Positions 23,745-36,702 of a stretch of 64,000 nucleotides of DNA are shown one piece after another. How positions within the stretch are numbered: position 1 is the first letter of the stretch; every line of letters starts with the position of its first letter. Source of the stretch: Mobula hypostoma (Eukaryota); contig NC_086108.1 in NCBI RefSeq assembly GCF_963921235.1, positions 99,884,001 through 99,948,000 of the forward strand, read 5' to 3'. The position numbers and the translations under genes were made by a program. Under the pieces are notes generated by a model. The model was not told where the DNA came from and did not search any database. It saw only the letters and a list, made by a program, of their open reading frames with translations.

Positions 23745-24198
23745 TACACCTAGTAGCCACATTATTAGGTACCTCTTGTACCTAATAAAGTTTCCACAGA
23801 ATGTATGTTTGTGTTCTTCTGCTGCAGTAACCCATTCACTTCAAGGTTCGATGTGTTGTGTGTTTAGAGATGCTCTTCTACACTCTACTGTTGTAACACA
23901 TGGTTATTTGAGTTAAGATCACCTTCCTGCCAGCTTGAACCAATCTGGCTATTCTCCTCTGACCACTCTCATTAATAAGGCCTTTTCATCCACAGAACTG
24001 CCACTTACTGGATGTATTTTAGTTTCTCGCATCAGTCACTGTAAACTCCAGAGATTGTTGTGCATAAAAATCCCAGGAGATCAACTATTTCTGAGGTATT
24101 CAAACCACCCCATCTGGCACTAACAATCATTCCACGGTTAAAGTCACTGTGCTCACATTTCTTCCCCATTCTGATATTTGGCCTGAACATCAACTGAA
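23745..24198 (-). mobile_element. Non-autonomous Tc1 element, reverse orientation
   Basis: Reverse complement of the 5224-5795 family. Terminal double-TIR hairpin at 23745-23805. Confidence 0.8.
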
Positions 24199-24202
24199 TG
24201 TG

Positions 24203-24272
24203 TTCTTCTTCTCCTTCTTCTCCTTCTTCTTCCTCTTCTTCTTCATCTTCCTCTTCTTCCTCTTCTTCCTCT

Positions 24273-24304
<32 letters not shown>

Positions 24305-25030
24305 TTCTTCTTCCTCTTCCCAGCGTAAGGTGCTTTGCCATCACCTACTGAAGTGAAATATGCAGCAAAGAGACGGAAAGCACATCCACTTAATTTCACC
24401 CCCCCCACCACAAATAAACTCAAATAATATCAAAATGTCTGATGTTACGATGGCAGTGATATCTTAACAAACTTTCCATGTTAAACTGTGTCTGTCCCAA
24501 AGACCTCAATTTAGCAATTAGATGTTCCCTTTGCACCTCATAGGATCTTCATTCAAACAATATATGCTGCACCATTTTTTGACGACTCTACTCCCCACAA
24601 TCCCTACAAATTCCCGTATCATACATATTAATTCTGAAAAAGGGTTTACTCACCCAAGTATGTCCAATACATAAATGCATAAGTATAACTTCTTCGCTCC
24701 TTTTATATCCATTTCCCAGTTGAGTCCCACCATCCTCTGAATTTTATGTAAATGCCATCCTTTTTTTTCCTTGTCCCAACTTTGTTGCCACAGTGAATGA
24801 ATAGACTTTTTAATAATGGCTTTCATCTGCCCATTATGCAAAGGTACTGCTCCTTTTACATCCTTAATTTTAAGTGATTGCTTGGCTAGAATGCCTGCCA
24901 CCTCGTTTCCTTCAACTCCACCAGGGGTAGAGGCCCACGAGAAATGGGTGCACAAGCCTAGTCCCTGCAGTCTCAACAGATGTTGTCCAATTTCAAGAGG
25001 AATGCCTGGCCTACAAATTGAAGTATAGTG
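24203..25030 (-). mobile_element. Nimb/I-clade LINE 3' end with RNase H remnant and (GAA)n tail
   Basis: ORF 24650..24976 FSWASTPGGVEGNEVAGILAKQ..WQQSWDKEKKGWHLHKIQ resembles the RNase H W.P.H.G..GNE.AD.LAK motif. The minus-strand 3' end CAGTAGGTGATGGCAAAGCACC is followed by a (GAA/GAG)n tail at 24203-24320. Confidence 0.75.
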
Positions 25031-25974
25031 TCACAGGGAAAATGAAGAATGAGCAAGTGTTCTAAGTTCAGTAACCTCCAAGTGTGAAAGTGTTAAAGGA
25101 CAGTTTGTTATAATCTCTCTGTTGTAACTTATTTCTACGTTTATAACTGATTATCTGAACGTGAAATCTTAGGATTTATGGCTTTCAGTTCAAAATCTAA
25201 TAATACAACTGCAGGACTGAAGTCCTTGTTATGAAACGAGTGGTGGGAAAATGGAAAATACTTTTGTTGACCGCAAAGTCTTTTAAAATATTACTGCACA
25301 TTGCTTGAAGAGAATTTCAGCTATTTGATTGGACATCGGTTAGAAAGAAAAGAGGGGAAAGTGATTTGAAAAACATAAGGGTTTGAAATGGTTGGGAAAA
25401 TAATTAAGAGCATTAAGGGGAGGTCTGAATTCCATTCTGCCAGTGAAGCACGCAGGCCAGTAAGCCCCACCTGAGCACTAGGCCTCGTTGCCATTGCACC
25501 AGGGACTTGTGTATCCTGAACAGGCGTTCTCTGTAGCTTGCTAGCTCAGGACTTTCTCTATATTGGGCTTTTTCCCCCAAAATATATCGTACTCATAAAA
25601 CTAACAAGGATGTAATGCAGCACATTTATAAATCCCCAGTCTCTGTGTAAGATATTCCACTTACTTTCAAGATTTATTTTGCACCCAGTGGGATATCTAT
25701 TTTCCATTTACAAACATTTCCTTGAGCAAAGAGTTCTAGTTGATTATACACAGATTCCAGCACCGCATCGTGCAGTAGTAGTAGCATCTTAATCTTTGGC
25801 CTCTCCACAAGAGAACTGTTGCAGCACCAAACGTTTGATTGTCCATCACCATGGCTCATTGGCCCAAGTGACAACTCAACTACTGAGAGCACAGGAGACA
25901 GGATATGTTAGAAGGAGCCAACTTTATATTAGTGATACCTGGAGGTGTATTCACATTATTCACATTTTGACTAG

Positions 25975-25976
<2 letters not shown>

Positions 25977-26012
<36 letters not shown>
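25977..26012. repeat. (CA)n microsatellite
   Basis: About 18 CA units. Confidence 0.95.
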
Positions 26013-26014
<2 letters not shown>

Positions 26015-26254
26015 ACCCCCAAAATAACACAATTTTTCACTTGTCTTCTTGAGGCCTTTCTATTGAACTTCCATATGTTTTTTTTTTAATTTCCTTCATT
26101 CACAGGATCAGGTGTTACAGGCAGGGCCAGACTTCAATGGGTCATCGCTGCCCATTGGCTGGTGAACTGGATGCTGTAACTTGGTGCTAGTGTGTAGTTT
26201 AGTGGTAGAATCTGAGGAGACAATGTGAGGAGAATGAAACTAGTCTGGATTAGG

Positions 26255-27085
26255 GTAGAACATAGAACAGCACAGCACAAACCAGGCCCTTAGGCCCATG
26301 ATGCTGTGCCGAATTAATTAAACCAGAAATTAAATAGCTAACCAAACTTATCCCTCTGTCTACACAACGTATGCATCCCTTCATTCTCTGCACATACATA
26401 AACCATAAGACAATAAGATATAGGAGCAAAAATTAGGCCATTTGGCTCATTGAGTCTGCTCCACCATTTCATCATAGCTGACTTTTTTCCCCCGCCCCCC
26501 CCCAATCTCCAGCCTTCTCCCCATATCCCTTCATACCCTGACTAATCTAGAATCTATCAAACTCTGCCTTAAATATACCCAGTGACTTGGCCTCCACAGC
26601 CGCCCGAGGCAATGAATTCCACAAGTTCGGCATTCTCTAGCTCAAGAAATCCCTCCTCGTCTCTGTTCTAAATGGATATCCCTCTTTTCTGAGGTTGTGT
26701 CCCCTGGTCTTAGACTCTCCCATCATAGGAAATATCATCTCCACTTCCACTCTATTGAGGCCTTTCAACATTCGATGGATGTCAATGAGATCCCCCCCTC
26801 AATCTTCTGAATTCCACAAGCCCAGAGCCATCAAACGATCCTCATATGATAAGCCTTTCAATCCTATAATAATTTTTGTAAACCTCTTTTGTTATCTGAG
26901 GTATTTATGTGTCTCCCTAAAAGCCTCTTAAATGCTTCTGTTGTAATTGCCTCCACTGCCACCTCTGGCAGCACACTCCAGGCACACACCACAGTCCATG
27001 TTAAGAAAAACCTACTCCACATATCTCCTTTGAACTTACCCCATCTCAAATTAAACGCATGCCCTCTAGTATTGGACATTTGGAG
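26255..27085 (-). mobile_element. Two nested CR1 3' ends
   Basis: Tails at 26257 (AGAACATAGAAC) and 26402 (ACCATAAGACAATAAGA). ORF 26864..27088 SNTRGHAFNLRWGKFKGD..AWSVLPE. Confidence 0.75.
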
Positions 27086-27839
27086 CATTAGAGTTAATAG
27101 ATGTTTGTGGTCAGTGTGAACTTAATGGGCCGAATAACCTTCTTCTGTGCTGTACAAGCAAATGATGCCATGAGTGATTGCCATTAAAGTGAGAGGCTAC
27201 TTCACCAGTTGAGATGGGTGAGTTGGATCTTACTCTGCCAGGTTGGTCTGGTTTGCCCCTCTGCCTGGCAGTGCACAGTAGCGGGGTGGGAGGACAAGGA
27301 GTTTCTCCTGTCACCACCATCAGTCTTCCAAATAACTATCTGAAAGGAAATGTGAGCTCATGTTTGTGCACACACCCTACAACATGACACATTCGTCCAT
27401 CCAAAAGCTCACAATAGATTGCAAAGAAGATCATTGCATTTCCTAAATGCTCCTGAGAAGCTGGAGATGAGCCATCTTTTGAAACCTCTGTAGTCCTTTT
27501 GGGTAAAGATGTTTCCATGGAGATGGTGGGAAAGGTTGCAGACACACTGATGATGAAGTGGGGCGAAATATTTCCAGCTCAGATGAGGTGCAACTTGAAG
27601 GGTAACCAGCAGGTGGTGGTGGTGTTCCAAAAGACTTGCTTCTTCTGACCTCATCAGTAGTAAAGGTCATCGGTATGGAGATGCTGTTGGAGTAGTCTGG
27701 GAGTGGGACTACAGTAAGTTTTGCAAATTGTGCCCACTGCAGCCACTATGAAATGGTAATGGATGGGAGGGAGGTCTTCCTATGTTTTAGCAACCAAGTT
27801 TTAAGTGGGTGCCATAAAATGACAAATTTCATGTCCTAT

Positions 27840-28212
27840 ATCATCATCATTATGTACCATATTGTATGACATGGATGATCAAGGTCTTTGACCATGATAG
27901 TTCTTGGCAAGTTTTTCTACGGAAGTAATTTGCTATTGCTTTCTTCTGGGCAGCGTCTTTACAAGACAGGTGACCCCAGCCATTATCAATACTCTTCAGA
28001 GATTATCTGCCTGGCGTCAGTGGTTGCACAACCAGGACTTGCGATATAGACCAGCTGCTCGTACGACCATCCACCACCTGCTCCGATGGCTTCACGTGAT
28101 CCTGATCGGGGAGCTAAGCTGGTGTTACACCTTGCCCAAGGGTGACCTGCAGGCTAGCGGAGGGAAGGAGTGCCTTACACCTCCTTTGGTTGAGACGTAT
28201 CTCCACCCCGAC
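27840..28212 (-). mobile_element. RTE-related SINE-like repeat (second copy)
   Basis: (CAT)n tail at 27840. Colinear with 13043-13400 (GATACTCTTCAGAGATTG.CTGCCTGGCGTCAGTG...TATCTCCACCCC). Confidence 0.6.
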
Positions 28213-29129
28213 ACTCACATGTCATATAAAACAATGATAATAAACCTGATGCAGTTTCTGTTATGGATTATGTGTCTACAGATGAGATTAGTTAGGTTGA
28301 GGCATCATAGTTGACACTGACTTGATTGGACTCTGATTCAGATTGTACCTGGTTGACCCAGTAGAAGGTCTCAGCTCACATAACGGCAAGTGGCAATGGT
28401 CCACAACTTTGATTCTCACACATTCTCACCTCCCTGTTTAAACCAGATGGAGGAAGATAAAACTGTCCATCTGCAGTCAATACCAATGTTATCCCACAGA
28501 CTCAGGTTGGAATGAGCTAATTTAATATACTTCCATCTTTCCATTTGGTTATTCAGTACAGGCTGAGTTATTATGGACATTTAAAAGACTCTTATACAGG
28601 AACATGGATAAAAGAAAATTGGAGGTCAATGTGGGAGAGAAGGGTTAGAATGATCTTGGAGTAGGTCAGAGGGTCAGCACAACATTATGGACCAAAGGGT
28701 CCAGACAGTGTTTTACTGTTCCATGTTATATTTGATTTTGCAGAAACAATGATTGAAAAAGTGGAAAAAGAAATTAGAAATCCTCATGCAAAGAGTCAAA
28801 AAAGAGCAAAGCAGAGATCCACTCGATCCAATTAGTTACTAGCTAACAATTTGTTACCAACAGTGCAACACAGAATGTTGGAGCAACTCAATGAGTCATT
28901 CTCAATTTATACGTTCGTTATGTGCCATGTCAAGTGGCAGAGGTGATCCTGGTCTTTCCATGAACATGATGATTCTTGGCAAATTTTTCCACAGAACTGA
29001 TTTACCATTATCATTGCAGATGTGATAATCAAACTACAATCATCTTACAATGATCATCACTGGGAGCTAAGTGCACAGAAACTAGATGAATGTACAAAGT
29101 TAAACAGCAGAAACCTCTTCCTTCCCTTA

Positions 29130-30420
29130 CTATCCCAGTTGTACAAGACGTTGGTGAGGCTACACTTCGAGTATTGTGTGTATGACATTAAACTGAGAGG
29201 TACTCTCAACTGTGAAGAAAGATATCAAAAATTGCAGTCGGATCTTGAGCAACACGGTTTTTGGATCGGACCCTGTACTCACATTATGATGGGTTTCTGG
29301 TTTCTGATTGCTCCTTTTCTTGTTGCTGTTCTGTGCGATTTTGGTCAGGGCAGCCTGAGGTTGGCGAGCATTGGATTGGATGGAACTGGGATGGGCTGGA
29401 CTGAACATGTTGGGACTCTTTTGATGACTTTTGTGGGTTGGTGTTTTGTGTCCTGTGTATTTTGCTCATTTTTTTGGCTGTTTGTGCAATTTTTTTTTGT
29501 GTGTGCTGTGGGTGGGGCTTGATATTTTTCTTTGAACGGGTTCCATGGTTTTCTTTGTTCCATGGTTGTCTGTGGGAAGACGAATCTCAGGGTTGTATAC
29601 TGAATTCATACTTTGATAGTAAATGTACTTTGAATTTTTGAACCAGCTGGGTAAGCAAAATGAGGATTGGCAAATTGTGTTTCATCCAGATAAATGCGAG
29701 GTATTCCATTTTAGGAAGTCAAAACAATTAGTCAGTAGATGGTAGGATCCTGGGGAGTTTCATGGAACAGGGGCACCTAGGACTACAAGCACATTATAGG
29801 GCAGTGAAGAATGCGTTTGGCACATTAGCCTCCATCAGTCAGGACAATGAGTACAGGAATTGGGATGTTATGTTGTAGTCGTACAAAGTGTTGGCAATGC
29901 CATTCTTGGAGAGCTGTGTACAGTTTTGGTTACCCTTTTATAGAAATATGTCATTAAGCAGGGAAGACTGCACAGAGGATTTATGAGAATGGAACGAGGG
30001 CCTGAATTACAGGGGGACATTGGACAGGCTACGACTTCATTCCTTGGAACATAAAGGGTGACCAAATAGAGGTGTATAACATCATCAGGGGCTTAGTTAA
30101 AGTGAATGAACTCAATCCTCTTTCCACAGATAAGAAATGAAAAACTAGAGAGAATAGTTGTAATGAGAGAGAGGAAAGATTTTAAAGCGACCTGAAGGGC
30201 AAATTCTTCATGTCGTACAAGGAGCAAGCTGCCAGAGGAAGTGGCCAAAGCGGGTAAAATAATAACATTTCAAAAACCGTTGGATGGGTGCATGGATAGG
30301 AGAGGTCCAGAAGTGGCAAATGTAAGCAAATAGAGCTGGTTTTGATAAACATCTTAGTCAGCAGGACTAGTTGGACTGAAGACACCGTTTCTGTGCTGTA
30401 CACTGCATAACTCTATGATC
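29130..30420 (+). mobile_element. Decayed CR1 LINE 3' part with an inserted Rex-type element (~29250-29640)
   Basis: QLYKTLVRLHFEYCV, YQKLQSDL, KCEVFHFRKS and later CR1 motifs. The insert ends AATAGTAAATGTACTTTGAA-like. Confidence 0.65.
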
Positions 30421-32718
30421 CCTATCTCATTTAAAACCTATGATTCTGAGCCATGTTCCCACCATAATCCCATTTTCCCATCTTTATCCCATTGTAAAGC
30501 ACTTTGAACTACATAATCTGTATGAAGAGTGCTCTATAAATAAGTTGTTATTATTATTATATCTTTACGCATGGCTTGCTGTCAAATTTGATCATTAACA
30601 CTTTGTGTGCTGAAGCACCTCAAGCTACTTCATCATAAATGAAAATTGTTACTGGCAGTATTCGAAGATTAAGTTCCAGGGGAACTTAATATGAGACCCC
30701 AGTTCAATGGTTCCATTTAATATCAGAGAATGCATTCAGTATACTACCTGAAATTCTTACTCTTTGCAGACATCCATGAAACAGAAGGAAAAAAACCCAA
30801 AGAGTAAATGGGAGAAACACGTTAGAACCCCAAAGCCCCTTCATCCTCTCACATACAAGGAGCAACAAAGCAACAACGATCCCATCCCTCTCCCCCACTT
30901 GATCCAGCAGGAAACATCAGTCACTCCCTCACCACCCACCATGAACGTGATAGCAAAGCCCCTAAAGAGACCATGACCTAAAGTTCATCAAAAACTACAG
31001 TCCATAACCCAGCACTTCAACATGCCACAGTAACGAAGGAGAGAGATGTTTCACTCCTTCCACAGCGACAGGGGACGCCTACAGCTCGCTGTTTCAATGT
31101 TCTATGAAAAGCACGTGGACAAAAAAAGATACATGAATTATTTCATTTTTGCATATTTTGTTTTAAATGTCTGATTAAACCATTGATTTAATTCCAGTGT
31201 CGCGCTTTGTTCCCAGAGCAAGCTTAAGACGTCAATGATGTTGCCTGTAAAAGTGCTATGTGTACAGCGACCCGTGACCTGTTGGAGCTATCAGGCTCCA
31301 TGGTGTGTACTTTGATATGTTCACTTATCGAGTATTTGCATATAAAACAGATATAGAATAACAACAGGGGTGATAGGAAATGCATCTTAGTCTTTAAAAT
31401 ACAAAGGACACCGAGCGCAGGGAGAGGCCTGTTGTGACACACGTGCATGGTGTTGTTTTTAATGAATAAGGCTTAGTTGCACAGGAGTAGTTTACATTGA
31501 TTCCATTAATGAATGCCTCCAGTAATTAGTTTGAGGGACATACTTCACTGCAGCTTGCTGCTACTTACATACATCAGAGTAGATTAGAACTAAGAGAAAC
31601 GTATTAAAGAGTTTGCTAAAATGCAATAGTTACTGGGGTTTTGCTATTGATTTTTGTAAGAGGGAAACTGTGTATCGGTAATCATTGACCTCAGTGGCTG
31701 TGATCACAGTAAATTCATATTGTGACACTGCAGGCTTAGTTTCCACATTGATCAGACACTTCAGCCCAGGAACGGCGTTGATCAAAGACTTTACAGCGCT
31801 ATTACCATCCGTCTTTTCCCGCGTGGGCCGAGCTTTTGGTTAAATGGTTTCAAATCTGTCCCTGCATTCTTTTCACATTAGCTGGAACATTTTCCAACAT
31901 GTACGGAGGGAATCAGTGACACGCCATTTATTCTGAATATATATGACTCCTAAATTAAAGTCCTGAGAGTGGTCTCGTTGCCAGGAATGCAATGCCAGGG
32001 GAGATGATGGAAGTGGATATATTAACAACGTTCAAGAGGAATTTAGACAGACCCATGAAGTCAGGAGAACAATCCTCATGGAGGAGTCAGCCGTGGAAAA
32101 GATGAGCAGCTTTCTGTGGATCTGTCCTGGGCACAATACGTTGATGCAATTTGCTTTGTTAGGAGTTTGAGGAGATTTGCTATTCAAAAATTCAAAGTAT
32201 ATTAATTAGCAAAGTACGTATACAGCATACAACTCTGAGATTCATCCTTCTGCAGACAGCCATGAAACAAAGAAATGCCATGGAACAGGTTCAAGAAAAC
32301 ATCAAACCCCCAACACGTGAAGAAAGAACAAATTGCACAAAGGGCCAAAAACGAGCGAGCAGCACATAGGATATGAACCATCAGAGCAGGAGTCCAGTAG
32401 TATTCAGTTTTGTTCAGTTCCGGCTCCTGCTGCTAATCAGTGCAGGCCACAGGGCTCTTTATTTGCCGGCGCCCCAGTCCACATCGATCGGCCCAATCAA
32501 GCCACTCAAAAACATCCCCAGAACAGAGCAACCAGAATCCAGAAGCATGTGCAACATGAACCTCAAAGTCCCCTAAAACAAGTCCACACCCTCACTATCG
32601 TCGGAGTGGACCGAGTCAGAGTGGGGTGGCTTTGGCTCAACAGGCTTCAGTGAGAACAGGCAGAGGCCAGGGTAGGTTCTGGTAAGTGTTTTTGTTCAGA
32701 TTGTTTAGAGTAGTGAGA

Positions 32719-33651
32719 ATGCCAGGCAGGATGTTGGAATGCTCCTCTTGCAGGATGTGGGAAGTCAGGGAGCCCTCTAGTGTCCCTGACAATGACACCT
32801 GCAAGAAGTGCATCCAGCTGCAGCTCCTAACAAACCACGTTAGGGAACTGGAGCAGGAGCTGGATGACCTCCGGATCATTCGGGAGAATGAGGAGATTAT
32901 AGATAGTAGCTACAGGGAGGTACTTACGCCAAAGGAGCAGAGGACAGGAAATTGGGTCACTGTCAGGCGAGGGAAGAGGAAAGGGCAGCAAGAGTAGGGT
33001 TCCCCTGTGGCCATTCCCCTCAACAACAAGTATACCGCATTGGATACTGTTGGGGGGGATGACTTACCTGGGACAAGCTGCAGTAGCCAGATCTCTGGCA
33101 CTGCATCTGGCTCTGCAGGTCAGAAGAGAGGGTGGAAAAAGAGGAGAGCAGTAGTGATAGGGGACTCGATAGTTAGAGGTGCAGATAGGAGGTTCTGTGG
33201 TCGTGACAGAGAATCCAGGATGGTTTGTTGCCTCCCGGGTGCCAGGGTCAAGGATGTCTCTGATCGATTGCATGACATTCTGAAGTGGGAGGGTGATCAG
33301 CCAGATGTTGTGGTGCACATCGGTACCAATGACATAGCAAGGAAGAGTGAGGAGGTCCTGGAGAGTGAGTATAGAGAGCTTGGTAGGAAGTTGAAAAGCA
33401 GGACCTCGAGGGTGGTAATCTCAGGATTGCTACCTGTGCTGCGTGCCAGTGAGGGTAGGAATAGGATGCTCTGGATGAACAAGTGGCTGAGGAACTGGTG
33501 TAGGGGGCAGAGTTTCAGATTTCAGGATAATTGGGACCTCTTCTGGGGCAGGTGGGACCTGCACAAGAGACACGGGTTACACTTGAACTACAGGGGGACC
33601 AATATCCTTTCAGGGAGGTTTGTTAGTGCTATTGGGGAGGCTTTAAACTAG
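32719..33651 (+). pseudogene. CR1 ORF1 (zinc finger, coiled coil, SGNH/GDSL esterase), one in-frame TAG at 32995-32997
   Basis: ORFs 32686..32997 and 33007..33651 share a frame. Motifs: CSSC..CKKC, VRELEQELDDL, VIGDSIVRG, VHIGTND, GLHLNYRG. Confidence 0.9.
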
Positions 33652-33653
33652 AT

Positions 33654-36600
33654 TTGCAGGAGGATGGGAACCAGAGTGCCAGAGCTGACAGTGTGGCTGG
33701 GGTGAAAATAAATTATGTTAAAAGTTCAAGCAAATCCACTAATAGAAAGGTTGTGAGTGGTAGTAAAAATCTTCTGAGGTGTATATATTTCAATGCTAGG
33801 AGTATTGTGGGGAAGGTGGATGAGTTGAGGGCGTGGATTGACATGTGGAATTATGACGTTATAGCAATTCGTGAAACTTGGCTACAGGAGGGGCAGGGCT
33901 GGCAGCTTAATATTCCAGGGTTCTGATGTTTCAGATGTGATCGAGGCAGAGGAATGAAAGGTGGGGGAGTAGCATTGCTTGTTAGGGAAAATATTACAGC
34001 AGTGCTCAGGCAGGACAGATTAGAGGGCTTGTCTACTGAGTCCTTATGGGTGGAGCTGAGAAACAGGAAAGGTATGGCCACATTAGTGGGGTTGTATTAT
34101 AGACCACCCAATAGTCAGCGAGAATTGGAAGAGCAAATCTGCAGAGAGATAGCAGGCAACTGCAGGAAACATAAAGTTGTGGTGGTAGGGCATTTTAATT
34201 TTCCGTATATTACATAGAACATAGGACATAAAATAGTACAGCACAGTACAGGCCCTTCGGCCCACAATGTTGTGACGACCCTCAAACCCTGCCTCCCATA
34301 TAAGCCCCCACCTTAGATTCCTCCCAATATTGATTGGGACTCCCATGCTGTTAGGGGTATAGATGGTTTTTAGAGTTTGTAAAATGTGTTCAGGAAGGTT
34401 TTCTAAATCAATATATAGAGGGACCAACTAGAGGGAATGCAATATTGGATCTCCTGCTAGGAAACGAGTTAGGACAAGTGGCAGAAGTCTGTGTAGGGAA
34501 GCACTTTGGTTCCAGTGATCATAATACCATTAGTTTCAACTTGATCATGGACAAGGATAGATCTGGTCCTAGGGTTGAGGTTCTTAACTGGAAGAAGGCC
34601 AAATTTGAAGAAATGAGAAAGGATCTAAAAAGCATGGATTGGGACAGGTTGTTCTCTGGCAAGGATGTGATCGGTAGGTGGGAAGCCTTCAAAGAAGAAA
34701 TTTTGAGAGTGCAGAATTTGTATGTTCCTGTCAGGATTAAAGGCAAAGTGAATAGGAATAAGGAACCTTGGTTCTCAAGGGATATTGCAACTCTGATAAC
34801 AGAGAAGAGGGAGTTGTATGCATGTATAGGAAGCAGGGAGTAAATAAGGTGCTTGAGGAGTATAAGAAGTGCAAGAAAATACTTAAGAAAGAAATCAGGA
34901 GGGCTAAAAGAACACATGAGGTTGCCTTGGCAGTCAAAGTGAAGGATAATCCAAAGAGCTTTTACAGGTATATTAAGAGCAAAAGGATTGTAAGGGATAA
35001 GATTGGTCCTCTTGAAGATCAGAGTGGTCGGCTATGTGCGGAACCAAAGGAAATGGGGGAGATCTTAAATAGGTTTTTTGCGTCTGTATTTACTAAGGAA
35101 ACTGGCATGAAGTCTATGGAATTAAGGAAAACAAGTAGTGAGATCATGGAAACTGTACAGATGGAAAAGGAGGAGGTCCTTGCTGTCTTGAGGAAAATTA
35201 AAGTGGATAAATCCCCGGGACCTGACAGGGTGTTCCCTCGGACCTTGAAGGAGACTAGTGTTGAAATTGCAGGGGCCCTGGCAGAAATATTTAAAATGTC
35301 GCTGTCTACAGGTAAGGTGCTGGAGGATTGGACAGTGGCTCATGTTGTTCCGTTGTTTAAAAAAGGATTGAAAAGTAATCCGGGAAATTATAGGCCAGTA
35401 AGTTTAACGTCAGTAGTAGGTAAGTTATTGGAGGGAGTACTAAGAGACAGAATCTACAAGCATTTGGATAGACAGAGACTTAGTAGGGAGAGTCAACATG
35501 GTTTTGTGCGTAGTACGTCATGTTTGACCAATCTATTGGAGTTTTTCGAGGAGGTTACCGGGAAAGTGAATGAAGGGAAGGCAGTGGATATTGTCCACAT
35601 GGACTTCAGTAAGGCCTTTGACAAGGTCCCACATGGGAAGTTAGTTAGGAAAATTCAGTCGCTAGGTATACATGGAGAGGTGGTAAATTGGATTAGACAT
35701 TGGCTCAATGGAAGAAGCCAAAGAGCGGTAGTAGAGAATTGCTTCTCCGAGTGGAGGCCTGTGACTAGTGGTGTGCCACAGGGATCAGTGCTGGGTCCAT
35801 TGTTATTTGTCATCTATATCAATGATCTGGATGATAATGTGGTAAATTGGATCAGCAAATTTGCTGATGATACAAAGATTGGAGGTGTAGTAGACAGAGA
35901 GGAAGGTTTTTAGAGCCTGCAGAGGGACTTGGACCAGCTGGAAAAATGGGCTGAAAAATGGCAGATGGAGTTTAATACAGATAAGTGTGAGGTATTGCAC
36001 GTTGGAAGGACAAACCAAGGTAGAACATACAGGGTTAATGGTAAGGCACTGAGGAGTGCAGTGGAACAGAGGGATCTGGGAATACAAATACAAAATTCCC
36101 TAAAAGTGGCGTCACAGGTAGATAGGGTCGTAAAGAGAGCTTTTGGTACATTGGCCTTTATTAATCAAAGTATTGAGTATAAGAGCTGGAATGTTATGAT
36201 GAGGTTGTATAAGGCATTGGTGAGGCCAAATCTGGAGTATTGTGTTCAGTTTTGGTCACCAAATTACAGGAAGGATATAAATAAGGTTGAAAGAGTGCAG
36301 AGAAGGTTTATAAGGACGTTGCCGGGACTTGAGAAACTCAGTTACAGAGAAAGTTTGAATAGGTTAGGACTTTATTCCCTGGAGCGTAGAAGAATGAGGG
36401 GAGTTTTGATAGAGGTATATAAAATTATGATGGGTATAGATAGAGTGAATGCAAGCAGGTTTTTTCCACTGAGGCAAGGGGAGAAAAAAACCAGAGGACA
36501 TGGGTTAAGGGTGAGGGGGGAAAAGTTTAAAGGGAACATTAGGGGGGGCTTTTTCAGACAGAGAGTGGTGGGAGTATGGAATGAGCTGCCAGACGAGGTG

Positions 36601-36702
36601 GTAAATGCGGGTTCTTTTTTGACATTTAAGAATAAATTGGACAGATACATGGATGGGAGGTGTATGGAGGGATATGGTCCCTGTGCAGGTCAGTGGGACT
36701 AG
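33654..36702 (+). pseudogene. CR1 ORF2 (APE endonuclease + reverse transcriptase), disrupted
   Basis: Motifs [65 protein letters not shown]. Stops at 33924 and 35911, two frameshifts (~34350-34440 and ~34820), and a 115-bp insertion at 34212-34326. Confidence 0.95.

Noticed and set aside
24190..24423. Poly-Lys/Arg ORF
   Set aside because: Artefact of the (GAA)n LINE tail.
29022..29522. 166-aa ORF with hydrophobic segments
   Set aside because: Chimera of CR1 fragments and a T-rich repeat 3' UTR.
33007..33651. Host GDSL lipase/esterase gene
   Set aside because: It is the CR1 ORF1 esterase domain, embedded between the zinc finger and APE-RT.
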